Source of the DNA: Ionaspis alba
Taxonomy: Eukaryota
Length of the DNA stretch: 33,438 nt
Assembly (NCBI GenBank): GCA_964255285.1
Contig: CAXUUL010000094.1
Span: 1 to 33,438, forward strand
Reading direction: 5' to 3'
In this document: positions 11,178-22,286 of the stretch, piece by piece
Layout: the number at the start of each line of letters is the position of its first letter
Position numbering within the stretch: the first letter of the stretch is position 1
Translations under genes and position numbers: made by a program
Notes under the pieces: generated by a model
Databases searched by the model: none
What the model was told of the DNA's origin: nothing
The model's input: only the letters and a program-made list of their open reading frames with translations

Positions 11178-14100
11178 ATGCCCTGGCGGCCCTTGCCCCG
11201 AATCGCCTTCGCCGTTGCCATATATCCTTTCCAACCTGCGTCACCGGCTGATCTGCCTCTTGAGCTGGGTGATGAGCTCTATATAATCGAGGAAGGCGGT
11301 GTGGAAGGGGCATGGTATCGAGGATATCTTGTCGCACCGCCATCCCTTCTAGCCGGTCTTACGAGTGTCAAAGGCCAGACATTGGAGGCCCGCGTCTTCT
11401 CTGGAATCTTTCCACGCAACTGTGTCGAGGTTCGCGAAGTTTTGGGAGACAGCGGGCCCAATGGGCCCAGTCGGGAAGCGGAACACATAATCGTTCAGCA
11501 CGGTCAAGGCAGAACGAACTTAAGCTGCTCGTCAGGTGTCTCCAAGAACGATGATCCCCAGAAGGAGAGGAGAGTGGCGTCTATGGGGAGGAGATTGTCG
11601 GCGGCCAAACGTACCCGGAAACCAAGCTCGAGCTCTCTCGGTACTCAAGAGCTGATATCGCTGCAAGTAGTGAAATCCTCCGATAGTCAGAACGAGATAG
11701 GTCAGCATCCGTACACACTGGCAACGCTGATCAAATCAAATGGAACGGCACTTCCTTTGACCCCGGTTTCTATGAGTCCGCGAGATCCGACTGCCCCTCG
11801 GCCTCCAGCACCCGTTCCGATGCTCAAGATTGGAGACGAAACGCCCACGTCTACTTCCGAGCCTCTCGTGGATGAGATTGCGTCTTGTCTTCGAGAATGG
11901 CACTCGACCAGCTTGCATGAACTACTGCTATCGCGCCGCTATAGTGTATTGGATAAGCTGTCGAAATTGGTGCAACAACTCGATCTCTCCCGCCGGCAAC
12001 TACTCCACGGCGTTCTCACGAACCAAGAGCTTCGTATGCTTCGAGAAAAGACTGTCTGGGATCTCGTCAGCGGGAACAAGGCCTTGAATAATGAGATCAT
12101 AGTGCGGGACCCCAGGCAACGAGGCCGACTCTTGACAGGGGACGACACTTCAATCGAGATCTCGAAGCTCCAGTCGGTGATGAGCCTGCTCGAGAAGCCC
12201 CCGGCTGTGATCCATGATCAGGTCAATCTGAACCACATGATGGTTGACTTCAGAGGGATCAATACGCAAAGCAAGGATAGCCCAAACCTTGTCGTATCCT
12301 TGTGTACCAAGTCTATAGGGGAGCCAGTGAGAGCACTGACCGAATCCTTTGTCATCGATGTCCCGTTCCAAGATCAGATCAACAAGACAGCAAATTCCAA
12401 TAAATTACGCACTCTATTCACGAATCTTACAGCTAACGATATCGGGGAGTCTTCTGGCCCCGAGACGCAGCTCTATCTGGTCATCAAAGTACAAGCAAAT
12501 CAGCTCACCCAACCAGCCTCGTTGATGCCTTCGAGGACTGGAACTGTCAGAGAGACCGCCCCTCTGCGGAAAGATGTAGCCAACAGCGCTTCAACCGGTT
12601 CAGCAACACTGAGAGGGGGCAGACGTAGTGTAATGTGGGCACAAAGTAAGCTTGGGGGGTCGAGTCGTCACCGCTCTCAAAATACATCAAAGCTTGACCA
12701 GTCGCTACCTAGTATTGATAGTGAGGTACCCATGGAAGAAGAACACCATGCGACCACACCAACTGGCCTGCGAGCCATGCCCCAGCAAGGACCGCAGTAC
12801 GTGAAGAAGACCGTTGGAATTGCGGTTATCTCATTGAAACATTTTTTAGGCCAAGAGAGGGAGATGGACTCGACAGTGATAGTGTGGTCGGCATCCCAGA
12901 TTGGAGTGGATCCGCAGACAACTGAGGATGGAGGCTGGGATGAGATTATCCGGGAGCTGATGCCGGATCATACGGGACAATTCGAGAGGTCCAAAATTGT
13001 GCAGCGTCTGCGGATACGTTTACACTCTTTTGTCAGCTTCGACGCAGATTCACTCATCAGGAGAACACCAACTCTGCTGCATGGCATTATCGAGACCTCC
13101 AAGATCGGCTTCTCTGGGGCACCGACCAAACCGCGTTCCGACATCTACATCACATTAGTGCAGCCCCAGATACCGTCACATGCTCTGTTCTCCCATCCTG
13201 AACGTGGCGCCGTCCAACTTGGGAGCAGTCTTGACATGCGCAATATCCAACTGACCTTGGAAGTCAGAAAATCAAATGGCGAACGTATTGAGCACTGCAT
13301 TTTCTCTTCTTCAAACTCTTTGGGACAGACCGCCTGGCGCACTACCGCAATCGAACGAGACGGAGCCTGGAATCAAATCATTAGGCTGACCCTCCCGAGC
13401 TCCGCCGTGCCCGATGCCCACCTCATCATGAGTATCGCCAATGCTCCTGGTTTCCCCTTTGCTCTCAGCTGGATCCCATTGTGGAACCACGACGCCTTTC
13501 TGAGAGATGGCAAGCACGCGCCGCTACTCTACCTGTACGACAAGACCACGTCAAGCACGGAAATGGGAAGAGGTGCATACCTTGACTACCCGTGGGATTC
13601 CAAAGGCAGTGACAGATCACCCAGGATTGAGACTCTCACGGGTCCTGTTGCCACACTCCAATTGGAATCCTATCTCTGCAGCACGATCTTCTCCCAAGAT
13701 CAGGTGCTTCTAAAGGTGCTTAAGTGGAGAGACCAGGCGGACGATCAATTGCTCTTATTGCTAAGGCAATTGATCTTCGTACCTGAGATCGAAATCGTGA
13801 AATTGGTTAACGAAGTCTTCGATGCTCTCTTTGGTATTCTGGTAGACCGTTCCGGCAACGACGAGTTCGAAGACATCATTTTCAACGCCTTAGTGACTGT
13901 TCTGGGCATTGTCCACGATCGCCGATTCAATTTGGGGCCACTGGTCGACGACTATGTCGCAAATAGATTCAGCTACCCCTTTGCGACCCCTTGCTTGATT
14001 CGAAGCTATCTCAGACTACTTTCCAGCCCTACAGACTACCAGAGCTCTCGAAGTCTACGAGCAACTTTCAAGGTCGGGAGACAGGTACTCAAGTTCATCA

Positions 14101-17100
14101 TCACGGCACGGAAGCAACAGCAAGCCAAAGAAGCTAGTATTGGTATAACAGCAAATCGGGTCAATTTCAACCGCGACTTCACTCAGATCTTCGCCGCTCT
14201 GCAGTCTATGATGAGAGAGCAGTCGCCTACGTTGATAGGTACCAAGACTGTGGTTGTGCAGCACATGCACACCTGGCTTCCCGAGCTCGAGGACTGCTTT
14301 AGTCAAGAGGACATCTTGCAGCTGGCCGTAGGTTTTGTGGACGCGTGTGCTGATGTCAAAGGAAAGCTTATACTTCATAAGCTTGTCCTCATTCTGAACA
14401 TATCAAATATCTTCAAATTGCCAGAAGGCGATCTAAAGCGCACGTACAATACACGGGTTGCCGACTGGCTCGATCCTTACTGGGGCTCAACGGACGATGT
14501 CAGCGAGCAATATCGAGAACAGGTACGGCTCTGCTCTTCCATTGTCGCCTCGTGTGTGGATGCTTTTGGGCCGCAAGCCGCCGGCTATTTCGTGAAGGTC
14601 GCTCAGTCGTACCGCTCTATTCAACATTCCTGCCGACAGAACGCAGAAACCTTGTCCTTGTTATTCCCTGCTTCGTATCCTTTTCCGGCGAAAGCGATTG
14701 CAGCCAAAGCTACATTTGACGAAAACCTGGTTGAGCTGGCTGCTCTTCTGGCTAGATTCTCCTCCGAAGCGCTGGAAAATTCTGCCGAATCCACAGCGGA
14801 AGAACTAGAGGATGTCCTATCCGCTGTGCTTGAAAGTAGTATTTCGGTACTAAGTGCAGAGGCGTTCCCGAGCTCGTGGTTGACTCTATATGTTTACCAC
14901 CACCGTTCTATCCTACAGATGCTCGAGAAGCTATTCAGAGTAATAAGCGAAAGATACTTACCCTCTCCAGACGACACCGACGATTTCAACACTGGGCTTT
15001 GGAGACTCTTCTTCACAGCGCTGCTAGAACTTGTTCGCAGCGAAGCACTCGCGCTCGAAACCTTTCCGGAACAAAAACGGCGTGCGGTGTGGAAGATTGC
15101 GGGAGACGTGCGTGAGCAAGGTGCTGAACTTTTAAGGCAGAGCTGGGATGTTATCGGCTGGGAGGCTAGTGCAGAAGATCTACGGAAGTATGGACTTCAT
15201 CGACTTGGAGGCTATCAAGTCCAGTACGTCCCTGGCCTTGTTGGTCCCATCGTTGAGTTATGCTTGAGTGTTCATGCGGGGCTCCGCACTGTGGCAGTCG
15301 AGACACTACGCTCAATGATCATTAGCGAGTGGACTTTGAACGAGGATCTATCCGTTATTCAGGCAGAGATGGTTGACTGCTTGGACCACTTGTTCAAGTC
15401 AAGAGACATCAATGAGAACGCTCAACAGAAGTTGTTTATTGGCGAGTTGCTTGACTCGTTCGACTTCTTAGCACACGTAGCCGAAGATCCTTTATGGGAA
15501 GCTATCAAGGTCATAGTATCCACTATCGATGAGCTGCTTGAGCTCTTGGTGGCAGTCCACAGCGCGGGCACTACAGAAGCCTTTCGTATCATGCATACTC
15601 TTCGTCTCATGGATTTCTTGAGAGGAATGCAGAAGGAGGACATATTTATTCAGTACGTGCACCAGCTGGCAGAGCTCCAAGCTCGCTCCCGGAATTTCAC
15701 AGAAGCTGGTCTAGCATTACGCCTGCACGCAGATCTGTACGATTGGAACCCTGGTGTCATTGTTGGCTTGTTGTCCAAACCTGATTTCCCAGAGCAATCG
15801 GCCTTCGAACGGAAAGAGCGCCTGTATTTTGACATAATCCAGTATTTCGAAGAAGGCTCTGCTTGGGGTTCTGCTCTGGAGACTTACAAGGAGCTTGCAG
15901 AGCAATATCAGCATCATATGTTCGATTTTGCCAAGCTTGCGCGTACTCAGCGCTCCACCGCGAAAATCTATGAGACGATCGCGCGAGGTGAAGGTCATAG
16001 TCCAAGATACTTCCGCGTCGTCTATCGAGGCTTAGGTTTCCCCGTCAATCTTCGGGACAGGGATTTTATCTTTCAAGGCAATGGCTCCGAACGTCTCTCC
16101 GCCTTCACGGATCGATTGCAGCAGCAACACCCAGCTGCGCAACTCGTTCCTCATGGTGACATCGACGATGTAGAAGGTCAATTCCTCCAGGTTTCAGCTG
16201 TCCATCCGCAGCGGGATCTGGAACATCCACTTTATCAACGTTCAAAATTGCCACAGTCGACTCGAGATTTTCTACTATCGTCAAGCCCCAATCAATTTTC
16301 TGTAACTTCTCGACGCCACACTCCCAAGACCAGCGTCAGAGACCAGTGGGTTGAGAAGACAGTTTATAGCACGCAGGATCATTTCCCGACAATCTTGAGG
16401 AGGAGTGAGATTGTGTCTGTCGATGTTGTCGCTTTATCTCCGTTGCAAACTGCGCTGGAGAGGACGACAAGGAAGACCTCAGAGCTAGCGATCCTAGAGA
16501 GGAGAATTCTGGATGGCGATGAATCGAGCTTCACCAATATGACCGACGCAATAAGAACCTCTGTGGATCCTATCTCAGCCACGAGTGTGGCACAATATCG
16601 GCAACTACTGCGGAAACCAACGAGTCGAGACGACGGAGAGCCAGAACGAGGCTTGAAGGTTGAGCCTCAACTCGACTCTCTCGAGAGCGCTCTTCAAATC
16701 GCTCTTGTAGACTTCGCCCTGACTCTGAGACACTGCTTGACACTGTATTCTGGCTCTTCTCATGATAACGTCCACTCCGAATTAGTGACTGGATTCTCCG
16801 CCACCTTTGCCCCGGAGATCGCAATCCTGACACCATCAGCTGTCCCTCAAGTTTCCCAGCCTATCGACCAATGGCTCTCGTCTCCACCCTTACCCGCGAG
16901 TTTCACACCTCCTGTCCCCTCCTCCGAAATTACCCCATTCCTTGCCAATGGTGACAGCCACGACTCACCACCTGTAGTCCATAATTCTACGCCGCATGCA
17001 CCACCGACGAATCCACGGCAAACCACATCCAAGAGTCGACTCAGCATTTCCTTTCTCAAGCGTATGAACACCGCTGAGTCTAAGCCTACGACCAATGGTT

Positions 17101-17438
17101 TCTCCTCCGTTAGTGAAGATGTCCATAAGGATGAATCACCGTCCATCAGCTCAAGCAGAGCTACCAGCCCATCCGGGGAAGTGCGTGAGAAACGTGGCAG
17201 TCGAGTATCCATTTTTTCGGAGGATGGGAGCAGGTCTCCTGTTAAGCATAGAGAAGGCTCCCGGAAGAATTCGGAGCCAAGACCAGTGACTGGACAAAGT
17301 GCAGCAACATATATGACAGCCGGTTCAACAGGAAGAGGAGGTGGCCTACGGAAGAGGCTGAGCACATTCGGGATTGGGAAGAAAGCGAGCAAAGCGAGCT
17401 TCCTTGGAGGAGGGGACGGGGTTCTGAGGGAGGAATGA
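11178..17438 (+). CDS. DCK1: DOCK180-family (Dck1-like) Rho/Rac GEF homologue: SH3, DOCK-N, C2/DHR-1 and DHR-2 domains, 2086 aa, intronless
   Basis: Single 6.26-kb ORF. N-terminal SH3 (AVAIYPFQP..DLPLELGDELYIIEE..WYRGY..GIFPRNCV). EIASCLREW. DHR-1 entry IGFSGAPTKPRSDIYITL. DHR-2 segments NFTEAGLALRLHADLYDW, YFRVVYRGLGFP, WVEKTVY..FPTILRRSEI, LSPLQTA. Confidence 0.95.
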   Translation: MPWRPLPRIAFAVAIYPFQPASPADLPLELGDELYIIEEGGVEGAWYRGYLVAPPSLLAGLTSVKGQTLEARVFSGIFPRNCVEVREVLGDSGPNGPSREAEHIIVQHGQGRTNLSCSSGVSKNDDPQKERRVASMGRRLSAAKRTRKPSSSSLGTQELISLQVVKSSDSQNEIGQHPYTLATLIKSNGTALPLTPVSMSPRDPTAPRPPAPVPMLKIGDETPTSTSEPLVDEIASCLREWHSTSLHELLLSRRYSVLDKLSKLVQQLDLSRRQLLHGVLTNQELRMLREKTVWDLVSGNKALNNEIIVRDPRQRGRLLTGDDTSIEISKLQSVMSLLEKPPAVIHDQVNLNHMMVDFRGINTQSKDSPNLVVSLCTKSIGEPVRALTESFVIDVPFQDQINKTANSNKLRTLFTNLTANDIGESSGPETQLYLVIKVQANQLTQPASLMPSRTGTVRETAPLRKDVANSASTGSATLRGGRRSVMWAQSKLGGSSRHRSQNTSKLDQSLPSIDSEVPMEEEHHATTPTGLRAMPQQGPQYVKKTVGIAVISLKHFLGQEREMDSTVIVWSASQIGVDPQTTEDGGWDEIIRELMPDHTGQFERSKIVQRLRIRLHSFVSFDADSLIRRTPTLLHGIIETSKIGFSGAPTKPRSDIYITLVQPQIPSHALFSHPERGAVQLGSSLDMRNIQLTLEVRKSNGERIEHCIFSSSNSLGQTAWRTTAIERDGAWNQIIRLTLPSSAVPDAHLIMSIANAPGFPFALSWIPLWNHDAFLRDGKHAPLLYLYDKTTSSTEMGRGAYLDYPWDSKGSDRSPRIETLTGPVATLQLESYLCSTIFSQDQVLLKVLKWRDQADDQLLLLLRQLIFVPEIEIVKLVNEVFDALFGILVDRSGNDEFEDIIFNALVTVLGIVHDRRFNLGPLVDDYVANRFSYPFATPCLIRSYLRLLSSPTDYQSSRSLRATFKVGRQVLKFIITARKQQQAKEASIGITANRVNFNRDFTQIFAALQSMMREQSPTLIGTKTVVVQHMHTWLPELEDCFSQEDILQLAVGFVDACADVKGKLILHKLVLILNISNIFKLPEGDLKRTYNTRVADWLDPYWGSTDDVSEQYREQVRLCSSIVASCVDAFGPQAAGYFVKVAQSYRSIQHSCRQNAETLSLLFPASYPFPAKAIAAKATFDENLVELAALLARFSSEALENSAESTAEELEDVLSAVLESSISVLSAEAFPSSWLTLYVYHHRSILQMLEKLFRVISERYLPSPDDTDDFNTGLWRLFFTALLELVRSEALALETFPEQKRRAVWKIAGDVREQGAELLRQSWDVIGWEASAEDLRKYGLHRLGGYQVQYVPGLVGPIVELCLSVHAGLRTVAVETLRSMIISEWTLNEDLSVIQAEMVDCLDHLFKSRDINENAQQKLFIGELLDSFDFLAHVAEDPLWEAIKVIVSTIDELLELLVAVHSAGTTEAFRIMHTLRLMDFLRGMQKEDIFIQYVHQLAELQARSRNFTEAGLALRLHADLYDWNPGVIVGLLSKPDFPEQSAFERKERLYFDIIQYFEEGSAWGSALETYKELAEQYQHHMFDFAKLARTQRSTAKIYETIARGEGHSPRYFRVVYRGLGFPVNLRDRDFIFQGNGSERLSAFTDRLQQQHPAAQLVPHGDIDDVEGQFLQVSAVHPQRDLEHPLYQRSKLPQSTRDFLLSSSPNQFSVTSRRHTPKTSVRDQWVEKTVYSTQDHFPTILRRSEIVSVDVVALSPLQTALERTTRKTSELAILERRILDGDESSFTNMTDAIRTSVDPISATSVAQYRQLLRKPTSRDDGEPERGLKVEPQLDSLESALQIALVDFALTLRHCLTLYSGSSHDNVHSELVTGFSATFAPEIAILTPSAVPQVSQPIDQWLSSPPLPASFTPPVPSSEITPFLANGDSHDSPPVVHNSTPHAPPTNPRQTTSKSRLSISFLKRMNTAESKPTTNGFSSVSEDVHKDESPSISSSRATSPSGEVREKRGSRVSIFSEDGSRSPVKHREGSRKNSEPRPVTGQSAATYMTAGSTGRGGGLRKRLSTFGIGKKASKASFLGGGDGVLREE

Positions 17439-17917
17439 CAGATACTGAACCTGTCGGATCGAGACGCAGCGATTCGCATTGGTTCCAAGCTTCCTCGGAA
17501 GGATATATGAAGGTTAAAAATTGCAATTGATGAGCTTGGTGTTCTGGACAGAGGTCTGGGTGAGCATGTTGTCCACACTCATGTTTCGTTGCTTATAAAT
17601 TCCCCATTCGCGCATGCCATTTGTACATACAGGCGCCACTAGATCGGGAGTCTGAATCAACGAAGGCTAGTCTAGATAGTTTCGTTTGGCCATGATTTGA
17701 CTGGACCAACACTTTAGATCTTATTCATCTAGGACTAGTGATTGTCCTCGTAGATACATCTCCTCGCTTTCACAAAGTACAGAACATTAGAATGCACGAC
17801 TTAGCATTTCTCGCAAGTCGCAGACTCCGTTCCACTTCCTTAAAAGTAACCAGAGCAACCCCAGTCACTCCCATCCACAGATTCTCATCTCTGCTGCCTC
17901 ATTCTTGACCATACCGA

Positions 17918-18631
17918 TCACTCTGCATCTCTCGCCTCCGCATCACTCGACACTGCATCAGCCTCTGTCTCTGTAGGCCCCGTGTTGCTCAAGTAAAGCG
18001 CCTTCCCAAACTGAATTAAACGCTTCCCTTCCGTCTTCAGAAAATTCGCCTTAGCCAGTCCCAACAGCTCGGTCATCTCCTCTCTCTTCTGCGTCCTCTC
18101 CTGCAGCTTCAGCATGCCCTTCTTCAGCGCTTCTGCGTTCTTGGCCCTGAGCTCTGCGTTCGCTTTGATGGCTTCGCTAATCTGAACCAGTTCTCTCATG
18201 CGATCATTGCCGGTAAGCTCCATTCCTTCGAGACCTCCGAGGGCAAGTTTGCGAGCATACAGCTTGTTCTCTTCTTCCACGAGTAACTGTGCTTCGGTGT
18301 GATCGGAAAGCAAGAACGCGTATGTCGAGTGGAACTTGGAGTGAGCGTTATAGTACTCGTGGCGGACATTGGTGAGAGCATGCCATGCGGAATTATCTAG
18401 GGGAGGTGCTCGAGCGTCGTTGTCGCGGATCTCGAGAAGAAGTCTGAAGAGACCGTAATCGAGCGAAGGGAGGGGCTCTGGGTGTCGGATCAGAGAGCAG
18501 AGAATGTCCGGTGGAAGAAAGTTGCTTAGGGGTGGCTGGAGGTATGGGACTGTAAGGGCAATGGTTTGTCGTAACGGCTCGTTGCCCATGACACATGACT
18601 TCAACCAGTTTGGGTTCTCGGACTCGAACAT
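17918..18631 (-). CDS. Hypothetical protein, ~237 aa, with predicted C-terminal coiled coil; start uncertain
   Basis: Long open frame with first ATG at 18631. E/K/A/L-rich heptad-like region (RMRELVQISEAIKANAELRAKNAEALKKGMLKLQERTQKREEM) and an acidic tail. An upstream exon is possible. Confidence 0.6.
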   Translation of the reverse strand: MFESENPNWLKSCVMGNEPLRQTIALTVPYLQPPLSNFLPPDILCSLIRHPEPLPSLDYGLFRLLLEIRDNDARAPPLDNSAWHALTNVRHEYYNAHSKFHSTYAFLLSDHTEAQLLVEEENKLYARKLALGGLEGMELTGNDRMRELVQISEAIKANAELRAKNAEALKKGMLKLQERTQKREEMTELLGLAKANFLKTEGKRLIQFGKALYLSNTGPTETEADAVSSDAEARDAE

Positions 18632-19188
18632 CACAGTTGCTCAAAATAGTATTCTCGATGTAGTAGAGAAATTTGGGTCGTACCGCTGTAGGCGTAGTTT
18701 GCAGGGGGAAGGGTTTCAAAGAGGTTTTTGAATATTTGAGAAGAAGCAACGCTCACTCTGAGGTTCTTTGAGGTGAGATATTGTTTGGTGTTGACTAGGT
18801 CTTGCGACCGGTGTGAGCAATAAAATGAACCAATAAGATTGCGACATGACCAACACAGCAACTATTCACTGCTAGCACCTTCACTTCACTCTCGAGTTCC
18901 CTCCCGTACCATTTGAGCAACCCCAAGGCCGTTCCAGCCAGCACGCCTCAGAATGTGATCGGATAAGGGCAGCTCAGCCAAGCTCAACATGAATCACCTC
19001 CGGCTCTAAAGCATGAAATGCCAATTGGCGAGGCTCATGAATGGTGTGAAGACGTCTCAACGTGGGCTGAACCTCCTGGTTCACACCAAGGATGCACTTC
19101 TGCACAAAGACCCATGTGGGCAGTTCTTTGATCTCTTGGGGGATCGCAAAATGCACTTGTGGGGCACAAAGACGATCATTTGGCAATA

Positions 19189-19222
19189 CGAGAGAGAGAG
19201 AGAGAGCGAGAGCGAGAGCGAG
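19189..19222. repeat. (GA)n microsatellite grading into (GAGAGC)n
   Basis: gagagagagagagaga-gcgagagcgagagcgag, just downstream of the phosphoesterase stop codon. Confidence 0.85.
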
Positions 19223-19269
19223 ATTGTGATAGACGACAGACGGCGTCATGATCATACCCATGATTTTGT

Positions 19270-20333
19270 CTAGCCTGTGGCCGCAACTGGTAGATCCAGG
19301 TCGACGATCCAAGGAGCATTCACAGGCTGGTAGTCCACATCCATAATCGCTGCATTTACGAAAAGAGTCTCCACCCCAAACTTTAACGGCTGACCAGATC
19401 CACGGGCCACATTGACGAAAACTCCACGATCCTTCAGAAGCTTCTCCTCGTCTACCATTAAGGGTTCGGCCGAGTTCCGCTGCCAATCATGTCTTAGGGC
19501 CCCCCAGCCCTCGTGTATATGCCCGAATACGTGCAAACGAGGCCTGCACCTGGCAACAGCAGCTCGCAGATTGTTGCATCCTACTTGCGAGCCGTAGGCA
19601 GTGGTATCTCGGATGCCCTGCGGAGGCCCGTGAGTGAGCATGATATCGACAGCAGGCCATGAAGGTATGTGATGTGGTGGAATGAACGACGGATTCTGGC
19701 ATTCCGGGTCTGGAGGATTGTAGCGATCTTCCTCTCGGGAATATGGAAATGCCCATCCACAAAACTCTGGGCTGTATGGAGAGCTATATACCTAGAAACC
19801 GGGTCAGTGTGTTTGCACTAGCACACTCCAAGAGTACGGTTTAGCAAGAGGCTCGAGTTCAAACTAAGACTGACTGTGAATTGTGCACCATTATTCAGCT
19901 GGAAGGTCCTAGTGCCTTCCTCGAGGTATACAATGCCCGCCGTCCTAGCCTTCTCGCCTTTCCACAACTCCTCCACACTGCACAACTCTGGAGCAATGGC
20001 CTGTGTCGACTCTCTCCTTATGTGCTTGCAGGTGCTTGGAAATGTTTGCCTATCCAGCGTCAGGTCATGATTACCAGCTATGACGAGCTTTAACTCTGCA
20101 TCCGCCTCCTCGATCATGGCAAACGTTCGCTCATGTTCATCGATGCGCCCCACTTCCGTGAGATCTCCCGCATGGAGTAAAACGTCCGCAGGTGGAAGAG
20201 GTTTTCGGAAGGCATGCTTGATTTCTTTTGCGGGAAATGGTTGCCGAGCATGAGTGTCAGATATAAGGCAGAACCGGGTTTTGGTGGTGGTGGTGAATGA
20301 TGGAGCATTGGCACGCGAGGAATTCAATGCCAT
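19270..20333 (-). CDS. Calcineurin-like metallophosphoesterase (MPPED/239FB-like), ~326 aa
   Basis: Exons 20333-19875 and 19791-19270. Intron 19874-19792 reads GTCAGT..CTGAC..TAG. All five metal-binding motifs are present: ISDTH, HAGDLT, IAGNHD, THGPP, FGHIHE. Also VYSSPYSPEFCGWAF and TLFVNAAI. Confidence 0.93.
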
Positions 20334-21300
20334 GGCGTCGCTTGTGCTAACAGAAGGAATCCACCAGAGTAGGGTGATTTGTCTCGCGGTTCTTGCTCGC
20401 ACGTACTGATCTCTGTAGCATTCCGTGTACAGGAAGAACCTGCAACGCAAAGAGTCTGAAGGGAACCAATATATCTACCATTGAAGGTCAACGCCTGTCC
20501 CAAGATTCGACAGTCACTGCGGTCGTCAAGATCATAGAATGGTGCCTTAAAACGGCTCTGTGGCGGAGTCTCTATGATTTGCTTTCGTGGAAGGAACCAT
20601 GGTTTTCAGTCCTTTATTGGGCACTTGTTCGTGGGTTGGAAAGTGCAACCTTTCCGATAGATCTCCTCTCTACGCTGGGCTCAAAGATGCCTTTTCTAGT
20701 AGCCGTCCCTCTTGTTGAGATTCCTTCCCGCTACCACTTCTCTCTGCTTTCCAGTGGGATCTCCCCCCTCGTCCTTTTCGGGATTATCAGGCAGGTCTCT
20801 GAACAATAATATCGCGATCGGAGTTAGATCTCATTGCCGTACGCATATACTGTGTAACTAGCGAGGGAAAATGGGGTGGGGGCAACCATCCCCAATGCGC
20901 CACTCGGGCCATGAACTAATCGAAGCGGAGGTGGTATGACTGGCGAGTGAAGTATCTGCGACCATTTCTAGTCAACAAACACCACGGATATCTTTTGCCA
21001 TTTGCTATCATCTCTATGCACGGTGACGAGGCGTGGTCACTACATTTCCTCCCCCTTTCGAGAACTCAATACTTGGATCATGTCACATAAAGAGCGGGCT
21101 ATACAAGAGCACCTCGAGGACGATCACGCGAAGATAATTGCATCCAGGGCTTCACCATGGTCAGAGGATTTCACGACAAGATGAAAGGTATTTGACGCTG
21201 TAGCATTGATGGCCTGACAGAGTGAATTAAGCAAGCCACTTTCTAGCCGTAATTGTGCACATTGTCTCATCCGGAGCAATTCCACAAAGTCGCCAATCCT

Positions 21301-21977
21301 TTACTTCCTGATGGCACGCTGGTAAAAAGCCAACTCCTCACCCTCCAACACGTATCCATCCACACGTCCACATTGTCCGGGCCTTGATGCAACGACAGCG
21401 TAGAGCCGTCCAGCCTCAAACTGCCTCTCCAACGCCACATCGACCTTGCCAGATGCCGTCACCCTACCTGTCTGCTTCTTTTCCACGCTCTTGCTCTTCT
21501 TCTTGTCTTCCGCGCTCTCGCCTTCCTTTGCCGCTTTGGCCTGACGTCTTCTTCCCAGACTAGTTCCATAGTGAGCCTCGTACCATTGTCTGAAGGGCGC
21601 AGCATCGATCTGGACAACAGCGGAGCGAGTGAGAGTGTTGGTACGGACGAGCTCATTGTTCGAAGGATGGAAAGACACGGCGATGACGCGGACTTTGCGG
21701 GCAATGCCTTCAGAGCCCCATGAGAAGTTGCCAGAGTCAAGACGGAGTGCGCGGTATTTCTGGTTGCCTCCTCGGGTGCGTACGAGATGGATACGTTTGG
21801 CTCCTATACGCGTGTTGGCTGGCTGGCGACCTTTTTCGAAGGCTCTGTAGATTATTAGTGAAAAATGCGTATCTGATGTTGGTTGACTCAGGCTGCGGCC
21901 TACCTCTTTTTGCGGTAATATGCTCGTTTCGCTCCGGTAGCTGATCGCTTGTGACGCGAATCACGGGAGATACCCAT
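21301..21977 (-). CDS. RPS8: 40S ribosomal protein S8 (eS8), 205 aa
   Basis: Exons 21977-21904 and 21844-21301. Intron reads GTAGGC..ACTAAT..CAG. Sequence [70 protein letters not shown]. Confidence 0.99.
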
Positions 21978-21999
21978 GATTGTGGAGGATCACAGACGA

Positions 22000-22145
22000 C
22001 TGTGGGGAATTTGAAATCAGCTTCAGGGCAAGCTATTGAATGCTCGTATCAGGTAGCACAGCAAGGAAGCTTGATGACGATTGTCTGAATTCTTGGAGGT
22101 GAACAGACCGTATTACTATCGTCGTTGTCCAGCGCAAGCGGATAC
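22000..22145 (-). other. Probable 5'-UTR intron of RPS8
   Basis: On the minus strand, branch GCTGAT (22021-22016) and acceptor CCCCACAG ending at 22000. Donor is GTATCC at 22145 or GTAATA at 22116. Confidence 0.6.
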
Positions 22146-22219
22146 GAAGGTTTGTTGCGTTGTCGTTAGTAGTAGTAGTATTGGTTGGTCGTCATGCTGG
22201 ATCTCGAATTTCCTCGTGT

Positions 22220-22286
22220 GCCCTACTGATTTAGCGCGCTCAAAATCGTAAACTAGCCCTATTTGGTGCCTTAAGCGAAGCCCTAA
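22220..22286 (-). promoter_or_regulatory. TAGGGC repeats upstream of RPS8 (Tbf1-like ribosomal protein promoter element)
   Basis: Plus strand shows GCCCTA at 22220, TAGCCCTA 22254-22261 and AGCCCTAA 22279-22286, which read TTAGGGCT/TAGGGCTA on the gene strand. Confidence 0.55.

Noticed and set aside
16847..17578. 243-aa antisense ORF over the DOCK 3' end
   Set aside because: Starts at a non-ATG codon and mirrors the low-complexity Ser/Pro tail; a typical shadow ORF.
18974..19486. 170-aa minus ORF and 86-aa plus ORF (19013-19273)
   Set aside because: They overlap the phosphoesterase out of frame or antisense and run through the GA microsatellite, producing artefactual LALALSLS and ERERESES.
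20393..20809. 138-aa hydrophobic plus-strand ORF (and the similar 25749-26192 ORF)
   Set aside because: Both lie in promoter regions of divergent genes and show no motif or splice support.
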